From Planctomycetota bacterium (GTDB lineage: Bacteria; Planctomycetota; B129-G9; JAJDCN01), in assembly GCA_029260815.1 (NCBI GenBank), contig JAJDCN010000232.1, forward strand, positions 1 through 40,991: 40,991 nt of DNA. The letters run 5' to 3'. How positions within the stretch are numbered: position 1 is the first letter of the stretch; each line of letters opens with the position of its first letter. The translations under genes and the position numbers were made by a program. Below the pieces are notes generated by a model. That model ran no database searches. It worked only from the letters and a program-made list of their open reading frames with translations, and had not been told where the DNA came from. Shown here piece by piece: positions 24,014-32,792 of this stretch.

Positions 24014-24981
24014 CCCCTGAGTTCTAGATGAAGCGCCAGTTGGAGGATTTTGTCACAGACCTTCGGAAAAGAAATTCCGGCCGCCTGGGCCGCCTTGGGC
24101 AGCAAGGAACGCTCTGTCAAGCCCGGCAGGCTGTTCACCTCGAGAACATTGATCTTGTCGTTCGGGCCATAGATCAGGTCCACCCGGGAGTAGTGGCGAC
24201 AGCCCAGCGCCTTGTGTGCGGCCAGCGCCGTATAGCGAATCTCATCGAGCCTTTCCGGGTCGATGTCCGGCTCCATGTCGTATTCAGTTGTCGAATCTCG
24301 ATATTTTGCTTCGTAGGTAAAGAGCGCGTCGGGCGAGCGAATCTCGATCACCGGTAGTGGCTGATCGTTCAGAATCCCGACGACCACTTCGCGTCCGGTC
24401 AGGAACCGTTCGATCATGGCTCGTTCTCCGAACTTCAGCGCCTTGTTGATCGCGGGCGTCAATTCCCCGGGCATGGAGACCTTCGAAACGCCCACGCTGG
24501 ATCCCTCCGCGGCTGGCTTGACCACCAGTGGCAAACCCAGCCGCCGCTGAATCCGGCTGATATCGTTGGCTGTGGCCTCGGCGGTCACCTCGTGATAGGG
24601 CGCAGTTGGGATTCCGTTCTTAAGAAACAGGATCTTCGAGCGAAGTTTGTCCATCGCATTGGCGCTTGCCTCCGCGCTGGAACCGGTGTAGCGGATTCCC
24701 CGTTCGTCCAGCATCCGTTGAATCTGGCCATCTTCCCCGAAGGTACCGTGAAGAGCCAGGAACACCGCATCGCAGGACGTGCCGTTGAGTTGCCGTAAAT
24801 TGCTATGGGTCAGATCGATTTGCCGAACCTTGTGACCGTTCTTCTGCAGCGCCTTGTGTACCGCTTGACCCGTCTGCAATGAAATCTCGCGTTCGGCTGA
24901 AACACCACCGGCCAGGACCGCCACGGTTGCGGTTGTCGTGGCCTGTTTTGGCCCGGTTTTGCGTGACGCTTTGGTTGTCAT
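24010..24981 (-). CDS. ddl: D-alanine--D-alanine ligase
   Basis: VLAGGVSAEREISLQTG, FLALHGTFGEDGQIQ, PLVVKPAAEGSSVGV and EVNSLPGLTERSLLPKAA form the ATP-grasp Ddl signature. Confidence 0.92.
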   Translation of the reverse strand: MTTKASRKTGPKQATTTATVAVLAGGVSAEREISLQTGQAVHKALQKNGHKVRQIDLTHSNLRQLNGTSCDAVFLALHGTFGEDGQIQRMLDERGIRYTGSSAEASANAMDKLRSKILFLKNGIPTAPYHEVTAEATANDISRIQRRLGLPLVVKPAAEGSSVGVSKVSMPGELTPAINKALKFGERAMIERFLTGREVVVGILNDQPLPVIEIRSPDALFTYEAKYRDSTTEYDMEPDIDPERLDEIRYTALAAHKALGCRHYSRVDLIYGPNDKINVLEVNSLPGLTERSLLPKAAQAAGISFPKVCDKILQLALHLELRG

Positions 24982-25030
24982 CGAATCCCCCCTGATTTTT
25001 TATCTTCCGGCTCGCTCTCCTATTGATTTC

Positions 25031-25342
25031 TTATTTTAGCTGTTTAACCTCGCGCAGTGGTGTCACCGGCTTGCCGTAGCCGGAGCTGGTTTTCTCGCGG
25101 ATCGGAGCTTCGCGGTAGGCTCCGGCCTTCCCTGAGCCGGTGTCCTCCAACAATTTCTCAGCATCTTCAATGAACGTGTCGATTGTCATAAAGATGCTCA
25201 TCGCCGCCCGCCGTGTGAGAATCACCGAATCACGAGAGGAATCGCTCAGTTCCTTGAGCAGCAGGCTCGTTGCCAGCTTAACCGCGTGGAGACGACGATC
25301 CAGGAACACCGCGATCTCTTCTTGTTTCGTGTATTTGTCCAT
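25031..25342 (-). CDS. Hypothetical soluble 103-aa protein embedded between murB and ddl
   Basis: The ATG lies 12 nt after the murB stop on the same strand, and the stop lies 49 nt before the ddl start. There is no TM segment or signal peptide, and I recognise no family. Confidence 0.45.
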   Translation of the reverse strand: MDKYTKQEEIAVFLDRRLHAVKLATSLLLKELSDSSRDSVILTRRAAMSIFMTIDTFIEDAEKLLEDTGSGKAGAYREAPIREKTSSGYGKPVTPLREVKQLK

Positions 25343-25354
25343 CGAGACTTCCTT

Positions 25355-26245
25355 TCAGCTCCAGACCTTCAGTTCAAGTTCCAACGTAACACCGCAAGCC
25401 CGTGCCACTTCACTTCGGACCCGCTTAATCAGAGACAAAATGTCCTCGACGGTTGCCCCGCCTGTGTTGAGGATGAAATTCGTGTGCTTTTCTGAAACCC
25501 GCGCTGCACCGACCGATTGATTCTTCATTCCTGCAGCCTCAATTAAGCGTCCGGCGGAATCCCCCGGGGGGTTTTTGAAAACGCAGCCGGGGCTTTTTTC
25601 TCCCAGCGGCTGCGTCGCCAGCTTCTCTTGCAGAATCTGCCGCCGTCGCGCGCGCAGGGAGACCGGATCACCCGGCCGTAGCTCGAAGGTCGCCGCGGCG
25701 ACCACGTCTTCGCCCAGCGCGGCGGTTCGGTAAGCAAAGCGAAGGCTGCCCGCCAGTCGGGTTTCACACTCGCCGGTGGGGCGGATTACCGTGACCGATT
25801 CGATCGCGTGAGAGACCTCGCCATATTTCCCACCCGCGTTCATGGCCACGAATCCACCCAACGTGCCAGGGATGCCCGCCAAGCCTTCCAAGCCCGACAA
25901 ACCCCATTCGACGGCTTGAACGATCAGCGGTTGCATCTCGGCTCCCGCACCGGCAGTAATCCGGTTGCCGGACCGCTCAACGGTGTTCAGCTTCGCCAAG
26001 GAGACCACAGCGCAATTGAGGACATCCGCCGCCACCAGAAGATTGGCTCCAGATCCCAGCGAGCGGATCGCAATCCCATGGGTTCGGGCGGTACGCACTA
26101 CGTTGGCAAGTTGGTCTGGGTCCGCGGGCTCTAAAAAGTACCGAGCAGTGCCCCCCACGCCGTAGGTCGTCAAGGGGCCCAAACACTTGTCGAGCGTCAA
26201 GATCGCGGCGAAATCGGCAAACGGTTCTTTGACAATCGCTGTCAT
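25355..26245 (-). CDS. murB: UDP-N-acetylenolpyruvoylglucosamine reductase
   Basis: LTTYGVGGTARYF, SLGSGANLLV and IPGTLGGFVAMNAGG are present, and the C-terminus is GCVFKNP...SEKHTNFILN. The ATG at 26245 overlaps the murC stop as ATGA. The longer ORF-track frame (to 26578) overlaps murC and is rejected. Confidence 0.9.
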   Translation of the reverse strand: MTAIVKEPFADFAAILTLDKCLGPLTTYGVGGTARYFLEPADPDQLANVVRTARTHGIAIRSLGSGANLLVAADVLNCAVVSLAKLNTVERSGNRITAGAGAEMQPLIVQAVEWGLSGLEGLAGIPGTLGGFVAMNAGGKYGEVSHAIESVTVIRPTGECETRLAGSLRFAYRTAALGEDVVAAATFELRPGDPVSLRARRRQILQEKLATQPLGEKSPGCVFKNPPGDSAGRLIEAAGMKNQSVGAARVSEKHTNFILNTGGATVEDILSLIKRVRSEVARACGVTLELELKVWS

Positions 26246-27636
26246 TGGGTTTGAACGAACCTCCGATCTCGAGACAAATAGCTGACGGCCACATGTCCAA
26301 TATCTCCCGCCCCCATGGTGATCAGCACTTCGCCGGTGTCCAGGTGCTCCTCCAGGTGCGCGAGGATCTGGTCCAAGCTGGGCAGATAGACGGCGTGGCC
26401 GCCCCGCGCCCGGATTTGGTGCACCAAGTCCTCCGAGGAGATGTTGTTTTTCTCTTCCAGGCTGTCCCGTACGAAATAGATGTCCGGGATGAGCGTCACA
26501 TCCGCGTCCACAAGCGATTGTGCGAAATCCTTGAGTAAAAACCGTGTTCGACTGTGCTGGTGTGGCTGGAACACGCACCAGACTCGGCGGCCGGGGTACA
26601 GATAGCGGATCGCCTCCAGCGTCGTCGCGATCGCTGTCGGGTGGTGGGCGTAGTCATCGATAATAATCACGTTGTCGCGGATGCCGACTCTTTCCAGTCG
26701 CCGGTGGACGCCGGGAAACTGCTCCAAGGAGTCGCGTGTATACTCTCGCGGAATTCCCAGTGCGTCCGCCGCTGCAATGACCGCCAGGCTGTTGAGCAGA
26801 CAATGCCGCCCGGGCACCGGGAAGCTGAAGCCCCCTTCTTCCCGGCCCTTGCGAACCAAGGTGAATTCCAACCCACGCTCGTTGCGCCGAATGTTCTTGG
26901 CGTGGTAATCCATTCCCGGGCTCAGGCCGAACGTGACCACCTGGGATCGAGCCGACCCGATCGCCGTGAGTACATTGGGATCTTCCCCGTTAGCAACGAT
27001 CGTTCCTTCCGAGGGGACCTGGGAGGCGAATTGGGAGAAGGCCTGGAGGATCTCGTCCAAACCGTCGTAGTAGTCCAGGTGATCTTCTTCGATGTTGTTC
27101 AGAATCGCAACCCGCGGGTGCAGGTTGAGAAACGAGCGGCGATACTCGCAGGCCTCCGCGATGAACAGGTCGCCCTTGCCCACCCGGGAAGAGCCGCCGA
27201 TGGCGCGTACCTCACCACCGATGACAAAGCTGGGGTCCAGCCCCGCATTGACTGCCGCCACCGCCAGCATGGCGGACGTCGAAGTCTTGCCGTGGGTGCC
27301 GGCCACGGCCACCCCGGTGGTCTTGTTCATCAAGGCCCCAAGGGCTTGAGCGTATTTTCGGATCCGAAGATTGCGGCGCTTAGCGGCATAGAGTTCAGGG
27401 TTGTCCGATGAAATCGCTTCGGTTACCAGAACCAGATCGGTTTCCGGTGGGATGTTGCCTTCGCGCTGGCCGACGTGAATCGCGGCGCCCAATTTGCGCA
27501 GGCCCTCGAGAAGTTGCGAATCGCGGGCGTCGGAGCCAGAGACGTGGATACCTTGGTCGAGCAGGTTCTTTGCGATCCCGCTCATACCGATTCCACCGAT
27601 CCCGACGAAGTGAACGTGCTCTATCCCCTCAAACAC
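26242..27636 (-). CDS. murC: UDP-N-acetylmuramate--L-alanine ligase
   Basis: HFVGIGGIGMSGIA and VAVAGTHGKTSTSAM (P-loop) are present, with DDYAHHP near the C-terminus. The start is GTG. Confidence 0.92.
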   Translation of the reverse strand: MFEGIEHVHFVGIGGIGMSGIAKNLLDQGIHVSGSDARDSQLLEGLRKLGAAIHVGQREGNIPPETDLVLVTEAISSDNPELYAAKRRNLRIRKYAQALGALMNKTTGVAVAGTHGKTSTSAMLAVAAVNAGLDPSFVIGGEVRAIGGSSRVGKGDLFIAEACEYRRSFLNLHPRVAILNNIEEDHLDYYDGLDEILQAFSQFASQVPSEGTIVANGEDPNVLTAIGSARSQVVTFGLSPGMDYHAKNIRRNERGLEFTLVRKGREEGGFSFPVPGRHCLLNSLAVIAAADALGIPREYTRDSLEQFPGVHRRLERVGIRDNVIIIDDYAHHPTAIATTLEAIRYLYPGRRVWCVFQPHQHSRTRFLLKDFAQSLVDADVTLIPDIYFVRDSLEEKNNISSEDLVHQIRARGGHAVYLPSLDQILAHLEEHLDTGEVLITMGAGDIGHVAVSYLSRDRRFVQTQ

Positions 27637-27671
27637 CGGCCTCCCCCTTTTTTGAAAGGTGTTTTCTCCAA

Positions 27672-27699
27672 ATTATACGGATGCAAAACAAATGTTCAA
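27672..27699 (-). promoter_or_regulatory. Internal dcw promoter: TTGAAC - 16 nt - TATAAT (minus strand)
   Basis: The reverse complement of 27672-27699 reads TTGAACatttgttttgcatccgTATAAT. It lies in the 96-nt murG-murC gap. Confidence 0.45.
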
Positions 27700-27732
27700 G
27701 GAAGAAGCGCATGTGTAGCCCTTTGTTAGGGG

Positions 27733-28884
27733 TTATTCTTGCGAATTGTTGGGCGAATCGACAATTAAGCGGGCAATAGCGGTTCGCGCATCGGGGTGAC
27801 CGATTCGGTCCAAGCTATGTGTGATCGACTGGGCAACCTCCGGATTCTTTACAATCTCTTGCAGGGCCTCGGCCAGGACGCGGGCGGAGTCGCTCCCTTC
27901 TTCCACCAACATCGCAGCCCCGCACTGTTGCATATGTTTTGCGTTTTTCAATTGGTCGCCTTCGACCGAATGGGGCAGTGGAATCAAAATCGACGGCACA
28001 TTACGAGCGGTCATCTCCGCAATGGTGATCGCTCCGGCTCGGCTGACCACCACGTCCGCCGCAGCCAGCGCCAGGTCGATCTTTTCGATAAACGGCATCA
28101 CCCGCGCCTGGAGCGTCAGGGACCGGTATTGGGCCACGACAGAGTTAAAATCCGCCTCCCCTGTCTGGTGGATGATGTTCATTGCCAGGCCGTTGCTGAA
28201 AATATTCGGCATTGCTTCCGTTACGATCCGGTTGACACCGGAGGAGCCTTGGGAGCCCCCCAAGATCAACAGCGTCTTGTGATGGGGGTCCAGGTTGAAA
28301 TGGGAATAAGCATCAGTTCGACTGGCCGCCTCGATTTCACGACGTACCGGGGTGCCCAGTACCTGCACGGGTCTTGGGCGCAGAGCCGTCGCGGTGTTCG
28401 TGTGGGAGCAGACCACCGTGTGTGCGAAGCGGGCCAGCCATCGTGTGGCCCGGCCCGGGGCCAGGTTCGGCTCCAGCAGCACAATGCGTATCCCCATCAG
28501 CCGTGCCACCAGCACCGTGGGCACTGAGGCATAGGCGCCCGTGCCCACGACCACTTCAGGACGAAACTGCCGAAGAATCCCGAAGGCGTCCGCCAGTGCC
28601 CGGACAAACGCGACCGTGAACTGTGGCCAGCCCCCAAGCTTGGAGGGAAGCTTCGGGGCGTCCAGAGCCACCTGATAGAACGGATACGCCTGGAGGATGG
28701 AACGATCCAGGCTCTTGCCGGAGGTGACAAACAGGATTTCGGAGTCGGGACGTTGCGCGGCGATTTCCCCGGCCACCGCTACGGCAGGAAGAATATGCCC
28801 ACCCGAGCCGCCGCCGGCGAACAAGACGCGCTGCACCTTTGGGACGGGCTTGAAAAGGCTCTTACTCTCAGCCTTTAATTCCAC
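27733..28884 (-). CDS. murG: Lipid II synthase: UDP-GlcNAc--undecaprenyl-PP-MurNAc-pentapeptide GlcNAc transferase
   Basis: VLFAGGGSGGHILPAVAVA (G-loop) and LLILGGSQGS are present, along with VVSRAGAITIAEM. Confidence 0.9.
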   Translation of the reverse strand: MELKAESKSLFKPVPKVQRVLFAGGGSGGHILPAVAVAGEIAAQRPDSEILFVTSGKSLDRSILQAYPFYQVALDAPKLPSKLGGWPQFTVAFVRALADAFGILRQFRPEVVVGTGAYASVPTVLVARLMGIRIVLLEPNLAPGRATRWLARFAHTVVCSHTNTATALRPRPVQVLGTPVRREIEAASRTDAYSHFNLDPHHKTLLILGGSQGSSGVNRIVTEAMPNIFSNGLAMNIIHQTGEADFNSVVAQYRSLTLQARVMPFIEKIDLALAAADVVVSRAGAITIAEMTARNVPSILIPLPHSVEGDQLKNAKHMQQCGAAMLVEEGSDSARVLAEALQEIVKNPEVAQSITHSLDRIGHPDARTAIARLIVDSPNNSQE

Positions 28885-29810
28885 CGGACTCTCGATTTGA
28901 GCAACTGAGCCTTCAGCGCAGGAGCGTGGCTGTCAAAGTCACTCGCGGAATAGCCTAGGGGCGTCGGTGAAGTGGTCGAAGCCACCGGGTACCAAATCCC
29001 GCTAGTGTCTTTGGACAATTCGACCGAGGTCACGTTTGCGTTTGTCCAATGGACGACCAGCATGCGCGTGCCGGACGTGGAGAGCATTTTCCACAGGCTG
29101 CCGCTGGCTTGGATTCCCATGTCGGCAAAGGCCGTCTTGGCTACTTCCAGCCCATCGGTTCGCCACGTCTGCTGTCCCGACGCCAGCGAACGGGAAATTG
29201 TCTGCAAATCGTTCGCGGTGGGGGTGGCATAGTAGCTTTTGGTGATACTCCCGAGTCGGGTGGTCGCCACGACGCTCGATCCTGTCCAGGTAGAGGCAGG
29301 CGTCTGCGGTATGGTACTGGCCACGGTCACGGTGGTGCCGGACGTCAGGCTGGGCTCGGAGGTGCCCGTTGGAACAGATCGGCCCATCCACTCCGGAGGC
29401 AGTTTCAACACCTGTCCCGGCATCAACTTGGTTGGTTCGATTCGGTTGAGCTGCTGCAAGGCCGGCCACGTGGAGTTCCGGCCGGTATACTTCCTGGCAA
29501 TCGCCTGGTAGGTGTCGCCCGACTTGACCGTGTAGGTTGTTGCAACCACCGGTGTTGGGAGAATCTCAGGAGCCGGATCCTGGCCTCCGACCGGCGCGGT
29601 CACATCCGGTGGCAGTGGCGGGACTAACGGCATTGAGGGTTGAGCGGCCTGACGAATCCGCTGACGTTGCTCCGGTTGTTGACGCGGCGCATTTTGTTGG
29701 GCGGTTGATCCGCCTCGATTCGTTTGTGCTTCGGTCGTGTTTTCCTCGCTGCAGCCGCCGGAAAACATCACCCCGGCGACAGCCAGGGTCGCTACGAACT
29801 TCTTCATCAT
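28875..29810 (-). CDS. LysM-domain lipoprotein with an uncharacterised C-terminal domain of about 170 aa
   Basis: GGAGGGA precedes ATGATG. The lipobox is ATLAVAGVMFSGGC, followed by a Pro/Gln-rich linker. The LysM domain is YTVKSGDTYQAIARKYTGRNSTWPALQQLNRIEPTKLMPGQVLKLP. The 3' end overlaps the murG start by 10 nt. Confidence 0.7.
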   Translation of the reverse strand: MMKKFVATLAVAGVMFSGGCSEENTTEAQTNRGGSTAQQNAPRQQPEQRQRIRQAAQPSMPLVPPLPPDVTAPVGGQDPAPEILPTPVVATTYTVKSGDTYQAIARKYTGRNSTWPALQQLNRIEPTKLMPGQVLKLPPEWMGRSVPTGTSEPSLTSGTTVTVASTIPQTPASTWTGSSVVATTRLGSITKSYYATPTANDLQTISRSLASGQQTWRTDGLEVAKTAFADMGIQASGSLWKMLSTSGTRMLVVHWTNANVTSVELSKDTSGIWYPVASTTSPTPLGYSASDFDSHAPALKAQLLKSRVRWN

Positions 29811-29842
29811 GTTCCCTCCAGAAATGATTTGGATGTTTGATT

Positions 29843-30997
29843 TCATCCGATCGTTTGTGTTGTCGGTCCGTTTTTTTCGAGCGCGCGATTGGCGATGTTA
29901 ATCAAGATGCCGACCGCGCAGCATTGAAACAGGAGCGCGGAACCGCCTTTTGAAATGAACGGCAGGCTGATTCCCTTGGTGGGAACCAAGTGCGTAACTA
30001 CGGCGATGTTGGCTGCCGCTTGTAGAGCAAGCATCACGGTTATCCCGTAGGCCAGCACGGAGGCAAACGGATCGTCCCGCGTCAACTTGGCAATTTGCAA
30101 ACCCGCCAGCGTAAAAGTTGCAAATGTTACAACAACGAGTAGGGTTCCCGCAAAGCCGGTCTCCTCGCCGAGAATGGCGAAGACAAAGTCAGTGTGTTCC
30201 TCTGGGAGATACCACAGTTTTTGCATGCTGCGGCCCAGGCCTTTTCCGAAGACCTCTCCGGAGCCCAGGGCGATGATCGACTGATTGATCTGGTAGCCAC
30301 TACCTGTCGGGTCAGCCACCTCTCCATATTGGACCGCATGTAGATACACGCCCAATCGGCTGGAGATGTGCGTCCAGTTCTGCGTAGCAACACCAATGGC
30401 GATAGGTATGGCAAGCGCCACCCCAACCAAACCTGCAAAGGGGGCGAAATGATTGTATCGAGCCCCCGCGGCCACGAGAACGAGGGCGCTGGTAAACAGC
30501 AGAAACAGCGGTGTTCCCGCGTCTCGCTCGGCGACAATCAACAGGGCCAACGCACCGAGTACCAGCGTGATCGGCAAAAATCCACGCTTGAAGTCGCGCA
30601 CGATTCCAGGCTTGCGCGTGGCGAAGGCGGCGATGAAAAGAACCGCGGCGAACTTCGCCATCTCCGATGGCTGGAAACTGATCGAGCCGAATCGGAACCA
30701 GCGTTGGGCTCCGTTGACCTTGGAACCGACGCCCGGGACCAGTACCGCGCCCAGTAACACAACCGTGGCGATAAGGATCGGGACTGCGGCCTTCTTCAAG
30801 CTTCGATAGTCGATGAGCGTGAACGCCAACAGGCCGGCGACCGACAGCGTCAAATACAACAAGTGCTTTCGTGGGATATAGGTCTGATCGTCGTGGAAGT
30901 GGTGAGAGCGCACCGAACTGGCCGAATACACCATTACCAGGCCGATTGCCATCAGCAGTGCGGCGGTGATCAAGATTGTGTTGCGTGCGTTGGTCAT
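29843..30997 (-). CDS. ftsW: SEDS-family peptidoglycan glycosyltransferase FtsW
   Basis: The protein is multi-TM, with MVYSASSV, FQPSEMAKF, EEHTDFVFAILGEETGF and LPFISKGGSALL signatures. It sits in the canonical position before murG. Confidence 0.88.
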   Translation of the reverse strand: MTNARNTILITAALLMAIGLVMVYSASSVRSHHFHDDQTYIPRKHLLYLTLSVAGLLAFTLIDYRSLKKAAVPILIATVVLLGAVLVPGVGSKVNGAQRWFRFGSISFQPSEMAKFAAVLFIAAFATRKPGIVRDFKRGFLPITLVLGALALLIVAERDAGTPLFLLFTSALVLVAAGARYNHFAPFAGLVGVALAIPIAIGVATQNWTHISSRLGVYLHAVQYGEVADPTGSGYQINQSIIALGSGEVFGKGLGRSMQKLWYLPEEHTDFVFAILGEETGFAGTLLVVVTFATFTLAGLQIAKLTRDDPFASVLAYGITVMLALQAAANIAVVTHLVPTKGISLPFISKGGSALLFQCCAVGILINIANRALEKNGPTTQTIG

Positions 30998-31006
30998 GGG
31001 CCGTTC

Positions 31007-31663
31007 CTAGGGCGTAATGGTCACCGGTGTGCCGACCGGGATATGATCGAAAACCTCCAGGATCTCTGCATCGGATATCGAAATACAGCCCAACGTAGAG
31101 GTTCGGTTTCCCTTGGCTCCGTGGATAAAAATTTCGCCACCAAGCTTTGTGTTCCAGGGCGGCTGGACGCGCCGGTTGATTGCCCACCGGATATGTTCGA
31201 ATTCCTCTTGCGTAATCATCGCCTCGCGCAGCCCGCGCTCAGCGTCTTCTACGTTCGGGTAGCTGATGCCCAGGGACCGGGTGTATTGGCTTTGCGGGTT
31301 TTTCACGCAGATGTAGAACGTTCCCTCCGGTGTTGCCTTGTCCCCTTCTTGTCTTTTGTCCGCGGTGTTTCCCCCTGCAATCGCTTCAATGCGCTTGACC
31401 AGCTCCTTGTCCCGGTAAATCTTGAGAATCCCCGCGCTCTTGCTGAAGGTCATGGACAACTTGCCCTGATACCAGGTACCGTCATCGATCACGACCACCT
31501 CGTCGCCTTGGGTTTGGGTCTTGTCGTCCGGCTCTATGGTGGGGACGATCTGCGTCTGGTGAGCCGAGCTATCGTTCATTGCAAGGAAGGCGAGCAGCCC
31601 GCCCGCGCTCAGCAGAAGGATCGTTGCTGCAACCAAGACCGCTCCATTCTGATTCACCCCCAT
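31007..31663 (-). CDS. Membrane-anchored L,D-transpeptidase (YkuD domain)
   Basis: The N-terminal TM is AVLVAATILLLSAGGLLAFLA. The catalytic motif is IFIHGAKGNRTSTLGCISIS (H...GC). The ATG lies 1 nt after the mraY stop, and the stop lies 9 nt before the ftsW start. Confidence 0.75.
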   Translation of the reverse strand: MGVNQNGAVLVAATILLLSAGGLLAFLAMNDSSAHQTQIVPTIEPDDKTQTQGDEVVVIDDGTWYQGKLSMTFSKSAGILKIYRDKELVKRIEAIAGGNTADKRQEGDKATPEGTFYICVKNPQSQYTRSLGISYPNVEDAERGLREAMITQEEFEHIRWAINRRVQPPWNTKLGGEIFIHGAKGNRTSTLGCISISDAEILEVFDHIPVGTPVTITP

Positions 31664-31664
31664 C

Positions 31665-32780
31665 TTACCGAATCCTTAAGGAAGCGATGCTGAACAAGGC
31701 CAGGATCGCCCCGATAATCCAAAACCGTATCACCACTTGCGTTTCCGACCATCCCTTGAACTGGAAATGATGATGAATCGGAGCGCATAGAAACAACCGC
31801 TTGTGTCGTGTCTTGTAGGAACCGACCTGAAGAATGACCGACAGAGCCTCTACCACGAAGATTCCGCCGGCGATCATCAAGATGATCTCGTGTTTGGTCG
31901 CAACCGCAATAAAGCCGATGGCCCCCCCGAGCGGCAGGGCACCGGTATCGCCCATGAAGATCTTTGCCGGGTGGCAATTAAACCACAGAAATCCCAGGCA
32001 TCCACCCAGGATCGACGCGGAGAAGATCGCCAGCTCGTCTGCGCCCGCGACCGGAGGCAGATGCAGATAGTTCGCCAGTCCCTTCGGTCCCACGCTGCCG
32101 ACCGCCAGGCAGAAGCCCACGAACGTCAGAGCTACCATCGCTGAGAGTCCTGAGGCCAGTCCATCGAGTCCGTCGGTCAAGTTGACGGCGTTCGACGTGG
32201 CCCCGATCACCAGCGCAACAAATGGGATATAAAGGAGTCCCAGATCTACGGAGCCCAACTTGAACGGGAAGTAAAGCGTATACGCATCGGGCACCGCTCG
32301 ATTGTGCGAGTAGAGCAGGTAGCCCAGAAGAAGCCCGACCAGAACCTGCGGCAAGACCTTTTCCAGAGATGTCAGGCCCGGCGCGTTCTTCGACGACAGT
32401 TTGATCCAGTCGTCGTGGAAGCCCACCAGCGTCAGCAGAAGGGTAGAGAGGATCGCCATAATCACGTAATACTCGTCGATCCGGGCCCACAAAATGGTGG
32501 AGAGCAGGACCGAACCGATGATCATTATGCCGCCCATGGTCGGCGTTTGCGCCTTGTGATCGTGCAAGTGGGCCAACCGTTCCGAATCCGTCTTTCCGGT
32601 GTGCTCCGAGAAGCGGTTGCTTTGCAGCAAGCGTATCAAGCGAGGACCGATGTACAGGCAAATGAAGAAGGAGGTGATCGCCGCAAACACAGTTCGGAAC
32701 TCTACGTAGGTGAAGACGTGGAACGGATGAACTCCGAACCACTCCACATTGCTCCACGGAAATAATAACTTTGGTAGCAT
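31665..32780 (-). CDS. mraY: Phospho-N-acetylmuramoyl-pentapeptide transferase
   Basis: KAQTPTMGG, NAVNLTDGLDGLA, MGDTGALPLGG and APIHHHF motifs are present. Confidence 0.93.
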   Translation of the reverse strand: MLPKLLFPWSNVEWFGVHPFHVFTYVEFRTVFAAITSFFICLYIGPRLIRLLQSNRFSEHTGKTDSERLAHLHDHKAQTPTMGGIMIIGSVLLSTILWARIDEYYVIMAILSTLLLTLVGFHDDWIKLSSKNAPGLTSLEKVLPQVLVGLLLGYLLYSHNRAVPDAYTLYFPFKLGSVDLGLLYIPFVALVIGATSNAVNLTDGLDGLASGLSAMVALTFVGFCLAVGSVGPKGLANYLHLPPVAGADELAIFSASILGGCLGFLWFNCHPAKIFMGDTGALPLGGAIGFIAVATKHEIILMIAGGIFVVEALSVILQVGSYKTRHKRLFLCAPIHHHFQFKGWSETQVVIRFWIIGAILALFSIASLRIR

Positions 32781-32792
32781 CTTCCTGGTGCC

